Positions 7,004 through 12,750 of a stretch of 12,750 nucleotides of DNA are shown piece by piece. A model generated the notes under the pieces. That model made no database searches, was not told where the DNA came from, and saw only the letters and a list, made by a program, of their open reading frames with translations. Position numbers and translations under genes: made by a program. Origin of the DNA: Trueperaceae bacterium (GTDB taxonomy: Bacteria; Deinococcota; Deinococci; Deinococcales; Trueperaceae); NCBI GenBank assembly GCA_040905465.1, contig JBBDRK010000037.1, positions 8,180-20,929 of the forward strand, written 5' to 3'. Within the stretch, counting starts at the first letter, position 1. Each line of letters opens with the position of its first letter.

Positions 7004-7975
7004 TCAGGCGAGCGTCTCGGCAACCGCGACGGGAGAACCCTCGTGTTCTGCCAACCACCGTTCCACCGCCATGGCCGCGCGCGTTCCTGCGCCGACGCTG
7101 GTCGACAGCTGGCGGTAAACCTCGTCGGCGATGTCGCCCGCCGCGAAGATGCCCTCCACGCTGGTGTAGATCTCGTCGCGAACCGCCACATAGCCGGTCG
7201 CGTTGAGCTCGACGACGCCCCTGAGGTAGCCGGTGTTCGGCTCGTGTCCGATGTACACGAACACCCCGTCGGTTTCGATGACGGCTTCCTCGCCGGTATC
7301 GAGATTGCAGGTGCGCACGCCGTTGACCTGGCCGTCTTCGCCCAGAACCTCCTCCACCACGGTGTTCCAGGCCCAGTGCATCTTGGGGTTGGCGAACGCC
7401 CGGGCCTGAGCGGCCTTGTTGGCGCGTAGCTCGCGGCGCCGGTGAACCACCGTTACCGAGTCTGCGAATTTGGTCAGGAACAGGCCTTCCTCCACTGCCG
7501 CATCGCCGCCGCCTACCACTACGACTCGCTTGCCTCGGTAGAAGAAGCCGTCACAGGTGGCACAGGTCGACACTCCGCGACCGTAGAACTCGTCCTCGCC
7601 GGCGATACCCAGCCGCCGGGGATTCGCGCCGGTCGAGATGATCACCGCCTTGCCCAGGTAGTCGCTGTCGAAACCCTCCACCAGGAAACGGCCGTCGGGG
7701 TGCCGGCGGACTCCTGTGACCTCTTCCATCACGATGCGCGCGCCGAACTTCTCGGCCTGGCGGACCATGCGCTGGGAGAGTTCCGGCCCGCTCACGGCTT
7801 CGTCGAAGCCCGGGTAATTCTCTACCTCTTCGGTCTGGGCGATCTGGCCGCCCGGCAGGCCCTTTTCGAGGATGATGGTGTCGAGTTGAGCGCGACCGGC
7901 GTAGATTCCCGCGGTCAGTCCCGCAGGTCCTCCGCCTATGATTATCACGTCGTTCTCGATCAGCTCTTTCGGCAT
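7004..7975 (-). CDS. trxB: Thioredoxin-disulfide reductase
   Basis: [19 protein letters not shown], active site [44 protein letters not shown]. Start placed at ATG 7975 (MPKELIEND) because AGGAGG lies just upstream; the ORF-track start at 7999 is less likely. Confidence 0.96.
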   Translation of the reverse strand: MPKELIENDVIIIGGGPAGLTAGIYAGRAQLDTIILEKGLPGGQIAQTEEVENYPGFDEAVSGPELSQRMVRQAEKFGARIVMEEVTGVRRHPDGRFLVEGFDSDYLGKAVIISTGANPRRLGIAGEDEFYGRGVSTCATCDGFFYRGKRVVVVGGGDAAVEEGLFLTKFADSVTVVHRRRELRANKAAQARAFANPKMHWAWNTVVEEVLGEDGQVNGVRTCNLDTGEEAVIETDGVFVYIGHEPNTGYLRGVVELNATGYVAVRDEIYTSVEGIFAAGDIADEVYRQLSTSVGAGTRAAMAVERWLAEHEGSPVAVAETLA

Positions 7976-7979
7976 GGGG

Positions 7980-8006
7980 CCTCCTCTTTCTGGGCCCATG
8001 CTAGCA
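7980..8006 (-). promoter_or_regulatory. trxB SD (AGGAGG 7985-7980) and candidate extended -10 (TG-C-TAGCAT, 8006-7998)
   Basis: The minus strand reads TGCTAGCATGGGCCCAGAAAGAGGAGGCCCCATG, giving TGnTAnnnT followed by a short leader. Confidence 0.55.
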
Positions 8007-8137
8007 CTCGGAGGGCGGCTTTCCGTTACCCGGCGATACCCTACGGGGATATTTAAAAGTGTGTCCGACTACCTGCCCGGATGCCGCGAGTCACGAGGTC
8101 CCCGGCGTTCGCCGCAGGTTGCTTCCGCGGGAGCGGC

Positions 8138-8602
8138 TCAGAGCCCGCCGGCGCGTTGGGCGGCTTGCTCCTCGGCCGTAGTGCGGGGAATCCAGACGTC
8201 CAGGTTCCTGTCGGCTTCGAGTCGCAGTCTGCTGCGAAACGGTTTGTAGAGGTCGTATTCCAGATACGGCTCGCGGGCCTCGAGGCGCAGCGATATCTCC
8301 TGCTCGGAACTCAGTTCGACTTCCATCGGCGTCCTACCCACCCATAGATCGTCGATTATGACCGACGCGTTGCTCGGGTCGCTCGTGACCGTGAGTACCA
8401 CCTGCGCCCGAGCGTTGTTCACCTGCTGGCGCGCGGTCACTATCAGCGTCGGGACCACCATCAGCACCAGGAGGCCAACTATCAGCAGCTCGAGCAGCGG
8501 TGCCCGTCCGGCAGCTCTCTCCGGTCCAATGGCCCTGGTCCCACGCATACTCGGTATTGCGGTCAATGCGCCCAATCCCATTCGGTCGTCGATTCTGGCC
8601 AT
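8138..8602 (-). CDS. Single-pass membrane protein with a PEGA domain
   Basis: TM segment LLELLIVGLLVLMVVPTLIV, then LTVTSDPSNASVIIDD..VGRTP (PEGA pattern); AAGGGGGG upstream of the ATG. Confidence 0.75.
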   Translation of the reverse strand: MARIDDRMGLGALTAIPSMRGTRAIGPERAAGRAPLLELLIVGLLVLMVVPTLIVTARQQVNNARAQVVLTVTSDPSNASVIIDDLWVGRTPMEVELSSEQEISLRLEAREPYLEYDLYKPFRSRLRLEADRNLDVWIPRTTAEEQAAQRAGGL

Positions 8603-8775
8603 GCGCCCCCCTTGCCCAAGGTGCGACCACGCTTCCGGTTACATCTCGTTCGATCCTAGCCGACTGCTGTCCAGCTCTTCCGGGCAGCAATCACACCGCT
8701 ATTGGCTCGGTCACGTCATTCGTACCGCAATTGTGCGGCTTCGTGCCGTCGATGTGGAGCAAATCCTGTAGCCAT

Positions 8776-8808
8776 TGGTACACTGTTGCGCGCAACAGCG
8801 TCGGGAGG
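8776..8808 (+). promoter_or_regulatory. prlC promoter region: extended -10 (TG-G-TACACT 8776-8784), perfect palindrome CTGTTGCGCGCAACAG (8783-8798), SD GGAGG (8804-8808)
   Basis: Read directly from the sequence; spacing to ATG 8815 is appropriate. Confidence 0.6.
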
Positions 8809-8814
8809 ACAGCT

Positions 8815-10857
8815 ATGAATCCGCTACTTTCACGAGAGTTCCAGATCCCGTTCGATCGGGTTCGCCGCGAGCATGTGGTTCCCGGAGTCGTTCGGGCGGT
8901 AGAGGACGCCGAAGGCGAAGTCGGCCGCATCATCCACCTCGACGAGCGGCGAACCTACATGAATACGGTAGGCGCGCTCGACGCGCTGGTAGATCGACTG
9001 GATCGTGTAGTCGGCATCGTTTACCACCTGATGTCCGTCTCCAACGAACCGGAGTTGCGCAAGGCGTTCGACGAGGCGCTGCCGATCTTCTCGGGGTTCT
9101 ACTCCAGGCTGCCCACCAATGCCGGCCTGTGGAATGCGCTCAAGCGCTACCGCGACGAGGAGGAGGCGGCTTCGCTCGACCCGGTGCGTGCCAGGCGGCT
9201 GGAAAAGCTGCTGGACGAGTTCAGGCGTGCCGGCGCCGATCTTCCCGATGAGCAGCGCGCGCGGGTGGAGGACATCCGCACCGAACTGGCGAGACTCTCC
9301 ACCGAGTTCGGCAACAATGTGCTGGACGCGACAAATTCGTTCGAGATGGTCCTCGAGGACGAAGCGGACCTCGCCGGCTTGCCGGAGTCGGCCGTTCGCC
9401 AGGCGCGCGCGGCCGCGGAAGCCAAGGGTGTCGAGGGGTGGCGCTTTACCCTGCATGCCCCCTCCTATGTGGCGTTCGTACAGTATTCCGATCGTCGCGA
9501 ACTTCGGCGTCGCATGCACGAGGCCTACGCAAACCGTGCGGCCTCCGGCGAGCACGACAACCGCCCCAAGATTCGCGAGATACTCGCGTTGAGGCGCGAG
9601 ATGTCGCGGATGCTGGGTTACCGCGACTTCGCCGATTACCGGCTTGAGCTCAACATGGTGAAGAGCGGGGCGGCTGCCGTCGGTTTCGAACGGGAGCTGC
9701 TCCGCAAGACTTCGCCGTACTGGCAAGAGGAGATCGAGGAGTTGCGCCGTTTTGCCCGCGAGGAACTCGGTCTCGAGAGGATCGAGCCCTGGGACCAGGC
9801 GTACGCGATCGAAAAGCTGCGGCGCACGCGCTTCGAGCTCGACTCCGAGGAGTTGCGCCCTTACTTCCCGCTCGACGGTGTTGTCGCGGGGCTTTTCGAC
9901 GTCGCCCGGCGACTGTTCGGAGTGGTGGTCAACGAAGCAGAGAACGCCGCCGTCTGGCACCCGGACGTGCGCTTCTACGAGATGAGGGACGAGGCGGGCA
10001 GGCACCTCGGCTCGTTCTATGCGGACTGGTTTCCCCGGGAATCGAAACGTTCCGGAGCCTGGATGAACGGACTCATACACGGCGAGTTGGACCCCGACGG
10101 CGCGCTCGAGCCTCACCTGGGCCTGATGGTCACGAACTTCACCCTTCCGCAAGACGGAAAGCCGGCCCTGCTGACGCACCGCGAGGTACAGACCGTCTTC
10201 CACGAGTTCGGTCACCTGCTCCACCACCTGCTCTCCCGTGTAGAGCTTCCGCCACTGGCGGGAACGCAGGTGCCGCGTGACTGGGTCGAGCTCCCGAGCC
10301 ATATCATGGAGAACTGGACCTGGCAGCGCGAGGCCCTCGACCTCTTCGCGCGCCACGTCGACACCAACGAGCCGATCCCGGAAGAGCTGTTTCGGCGTCT
10401 GAAGGCCAGCAGGACCTTCATGGAGGCCAGCGCGCAGATGCGTCAGCTCTCGTTCGGGAGCGTCGACCTGGCCCTTCACATCGATTACGACCCGCTGTCG
10501 GACGAGGATCCGGTGAAGTTCGGTAATCGCGTCAGGGAGGAGTTCGTGATGCGACCGGAGTTCGCCCGTGACGGCTTCCTGTGCGCGTTCGGCCATGTCT
10601 TCGCCGGCGGATACGCCGCCGGTTACTACTCCTACAAGTGGAGCGAGATGCTGGAAGCCGACGCCTTCACCCGCTTCGAGGAGAACGGAATCTTCGACCG
10701 CGAGACCGGCAGGGCGTTCGTCGAGTCGATCCTGTCGAAAGGCGACAGTCGCGATCCGGCGGTCCAGTTCCGGGAGTTCATGGGGCGCGACCCCGACCCG
10801 GAGGCGTTGCTGCGGCGCAACATCGGCAGCGCCTACCGCGCCCCGGTAGCAAGCTGA
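8815..10857 (+). CDS. prlC: Oligopeptidase A (M3A zinc metallopeptidase)
   Basis: MNPLL start after GGAGG; F.NNVLDAT, LRPYFPL, VWHPDVRFY, D.FPRESKR.GAWM, NFT.P..KPALLTH.EV.T.FHEFGH.LH (HExxH), D.VELPS..MENW, GGYAAGYYSYKWSE.L.ADAF, FMGRDP. The ORF-track start at 8500 is an upstream over-extension. Confidence 0.95.
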   Translation: MNPLLSREFQIPFDRVRREHVVPGVVRAVEDAEGEVGRIIHLDERRTYMNTVGALDALVDRLDRVVGIVYHLMSVSNEPELRKAFDEALPIFSGFYSRLPTNAGLWNALKRYRDEEEAASLDPVRARRLEKLLDEFRRAGADLPDEQRARVEDIRTELARLSTEFGNNVLDATNSFEMVLEDEADLAGLPESAVRQARAAAEAKGVEGWRFTLHAPSYVAFVQYSDRRELRRRMHEAYANRAASGEHDNRPKIREILALRREMSRMLGYRDFADYRLELNMVKSGAAAVGFERELLRKTSPYWQEEIEELRRFAREELGLERIEPWDQAYAIEKLRRTRFELDSEELRPYFPLDGVVAGLFDVARRLFGVVVNEAENAAVWHPDVRFYEMRDEAGRHLGSFYADWFPRESKRSGAWMNGLIHGELDPDGALEPHLGLMVTNFTLPQDGKPALLTHREVQTVFHEFGHLLHHLLSRVELPPLAGTQVPRDWVELPSHIMENWTWQREALDLFARHVDTNEPIPEELFRRLKASRTFMEASAQMRQLSFGSVDLALHIDYDPLSDEDPVKFGNRVREEFVMRPEFARDGFLCAFGHVFAGGYAAGYYSYKWSEMLEADAFTRFEENGIFDRETGRAFVESILSKGDSRDPAVQFREFMGRDPDPEALLRRNIGSAYRAPVAS

Positions 10858-10885
10858 AGACTCTTGTGGGAACCTCGTCCCCCAG

Positions 10886-12022
10886 TCAACGGGCCGGCGG
10901 CTCCGGCAGCAACCCCTGTACTCGTGCGATCGCCGCCAGTTGCGGCGCCTGCCCGTACTGGGCGACTCCGCCGCTGACACCTTGGCTCCGCAGCAGTCGA
11001 TCGTAGACGGCGGTTATTCGGGAGGACACGGTGGGCCGAAAGTAGCGTGCCGAGCGCGCCCTGGCTTCGGCGAGGTCGTCCACGGCCCGCTCCGGCAGCC
11101 GGTCGATCAGGGCCGAGCGCTCCTCGCTCGGCAGGGCGCCCAGCATCCGCGCCAGCAGTGACAGCGCCGTGGCGTAGCGCGCGAAGCCGTTGTCGGCTCG
11201 CAGCCCTGCCAGCAGTGCCGCGAGGTCGGCGTCGGACTCGGCGGCGAACCCCGCGACGTGCGCCAGCTCGTGCGCGCCGATCGAGACCCGCGAGGCGGGC
11301 GCGAGTGCGGCGTCCACCTGTGGCTCGAGCGTGAACGGAAAGACCATTCCGGCGTAGCCGGCGCGTAGCAAAGATCCGCTCGGCAAGAGCTTCACACCGG
11401 CCGGCAAGCGTACCGGCCGATCCAACCGGATTGCCAGCCGCTCGAGCTCCTCAGATACCGCCGCCAGCGCCTCCGCCGCATTCGGATCGGAGTCACGGTA
11501 GGCCAGGATCCAGGCCAGCATGTCTTCCGCCAGGCCCGTCATCTCGGACGGCGCGTGGGTAGCGGCGGCCAATCCAAGGACCTCCGGCAACGGCGGCCGG
11601 CGGTAGTTGAGGCCCCATATCAGCGAGTAGCAGGCCAACAGGACAACTGCCAGAAGAGCTGCGCCGGCCAGGCGAACGGTAAGCGGAGTCACTTTGCCGG
11701 TCAACAGGGTTCGCCACAGGACCAGGCCGACCAGCGGCGGCAGCACCGCGATGCCGAGCGGCAGCACTGTCCAGCCGGTGAGGCCGGTGCTGAGAGCGGT
11801 GAGCGCCGGATAGAGATTGCGTACGTACAGTGCTTCGAAGGCGGCCGGCGGCAGCAGCCACAGCGCAAGCGCGAGCAGCGACAACACCGACGCCGGGTAG
11901 AAGGCGGCGGGCAGTGCCGGCCCTTTCTTCGCCGGGCCCAACCGCACGGGGCTAATCGTTGCCGGGCTTTTCTTTGCCGGGCGCTTCTTCGCCGGTTCTA
12001 TCTTGTCGGGGTCTAACTTCAT
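10886..12022 (-). CDS. DUF3810-like membrane protein with a zincin HExxH motif
   Basis: N-terminal TM segments, WGLNYRR.PL, G..G...PFTLE..V, AHELAH..GFA.E.DA, Y...L..QG...G...Y. Family call is from motif recall. The start is uncertain because the SD is weak. Confidence 0.75.
   Translation of the reverse strand: MKLDPDKIEPAKKRPAKKSPATISPVRLGPAKKGPALPAAFYPASVLSLLALALWLLPPAAFEALYVRNLYPALTALSTGLTGWTVLPLGIAVLPPLVGLVLWRTLLTGKVTPLTVRLAGAALLAVVLLACYSLIWGLNYRRPPLPEVLGLAAATHAPSEMTGLAEDMLAWILAYRDSDPNAAEALAAVSEELERLAIRLDRPVRLPAGVKLLPSGSLLRAGYAGMVFPFTLEPQVDAALAPASRVSIGAHELAHVAGFAAESDADLAALLAGLRADNGFARYATALSLLARMLGALPSEERSALIDRLPERAVDDLAEARARSARYFRPTVSSRITAVYDRLLRSQGVSGGVAQYGQAPQLAAIARVQGLLPEPPAR
11909..12013 (-). 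repeat. Degenerate 15-nt/pentapeptide periodic repeat (7 units: DPDKI EPAKK RPAKK SPATI SPVRL GPAKK GPALP)
   Basis: Pro at every fifth residue from 5 to 35; CCGGCRAAGAAR occurs three times in register. Confidence 0.75.
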
Positions 12023-12046
12023 CGGATCGTCACCGCTGCGCGCTCG

Positions 12047-12750
12047 TCATGACCTGCCTCGCGTTACCGAATTCCTCGCTTGGTTGCGGCTTGGTCGTCG
12101 CTCTCCTCGCATAACCGGGACCGAGTCCCCGTCTTGCCAGCCCTCGAGTCGTTCGAATAGTTCGCGTGTCAGCGACCACCAGCCGCCGTCGAGCGGCCGC
12201 AGCAGGCGAACCGGCAGTGTCTCGCGGGAGTAGTGTTGCACGGCCTTCGGTGCCAGCACGTAGAAGGCCAGCCGGGTCGCCGCGTCCAGCAGTGCGGCGC
12301 GGGCCCAGGGTAGCAGCCGGTGTCCTTCGCGCTCACGCAGCGTGAGATGAGCTACTGCGCCCTGCATCAGCAGGCGCAGTTCGGCGGGGGCGGCGCTCGT
12401 GAAACTCAGGCCGTCGTCGCGGCGGTCGGCGGACAGCCGCACTCCGGCTTCGCGTACCGAATAGGTTGGCAGGGGAGGTGGAAGCCTGCGATCGTAGCGC
12501 AGGGACAGTTCGTCGATCAGGGCGGCCAGATGACGTTCCAGCCGGCCTTTCTCGCGCTCGCCCAGGAGCAGGGGGTCGCCGAGTCGCGTTTCGACGCCGA
12601 GGCGCTCGAACTCGAGCCGTTCGAGCGCCTCGGCCCCGGTGTCGCTCGGAACGGTGTCGCTCGGAACGGTGTCGCTCGGAACGGTGTCGCTCGGCACGGC
12701 AGCGCCCGCCACGCCGCCGCCCGACTCCGTCTCGCTCGGCACGGACGCGT
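12047..12750 (-). CDS. Hypothetical protein, 3' part; probably begins beyond the window edge
   Basis: Frame is open from the window end through GTG 12742 to TGA 12049-12047, protein-like composition, co-oriented with the DUF3810-like gene. No family recognised. Confidence 0.6.
   Translation of the reverse strand, partial: ASVPSETESGGGVAGAAVPSDTVPSDTVPSDTVPSDTGAEALERLEFERLGVETRLGDPLLLGEREKGRLERHLAALIDELSLRYDRRLPPPLPTYSVREAGVRLSADRRDDGLSFTSAAPAELRLLMQGAVAHLTLREREGHRLLPWARAALLDAATRLAFYVLAPKAVQHYSRETLPVRLLRPLDGGWWSLTRELFERLEGWQDGDSVPVMRGERRPSRNQARNSVTRGRS
12638..12697 (-). repeat. In-frame 15-bp tandem repeat, 4 copies, encoding (VPSDT)x4
   Basis: Plus-strand unit GGTGTCGCTCGGAAC at 12638, 12653, 12668 and 12683 (last with 1 mismatch); a degenerate VPSET copy at 12728-12742. 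Confidence 0.95.

Noticed and set aside
8500-8814. 105-aa N-terminal extension of prlC in the ORF track
   Set aside because: Overlaps the opposite-strand PEGA gene and the promoter; the SD and MNPLL start support 8815.
10858-10885. Intrinsic terminator between convergent prlC and DUF3810-like genes (also 6994-7003)
   Set aside because: Only a 4-bp GGGA/TCCC stem and no U-tract; the other gap is 10 bp with no hairpin.
8830-10980. 716-aa minus-strand ORF
   Set aside because: Codon-register mirror of prlC; no motifs.

Overview
High-GC bacterial chromosomal window, densely coding, with no rRNA, tRNA, CRISPR array or mobile element that I can support. The gene mix suggests Deinococcota (inference only). 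On the + strand are the 3' end of an unknown CDS, a single ORF fusing a GIY-YIG (UPF0213/YazA-like) nuclease domain to a PgeF/YfiH domain, MazG, a CoA-pyrophosphatase Nudix hydrolase, and a 2-phosphoglycerate-kinase-like P-loop protein with three tandem ATP-cone-like domains. These are followed by an ABC ATPase, an ABC-2 permease and a SPOR-domain protein. Next come trxB (-), a PEGA-domain membrane protein (-), a divergent promoter region with a perfect 16-bp palindrome, oligopeptidase A (+), a DUF3810-like HExxH protein (-) and a 5'-truncated hypothetical (-). The most notable observations are the GIY-YIG::PgeF fusion heading a nucleotide-handling cluster, start/stop-overlapping mini-ORF chains bridging three intergenic gaps, the triple ATP-cone kinase, the operator-like palindrome at the prlC promoter, and three unrelated 15-nt in-frame repeat arrays at or near protein ends.
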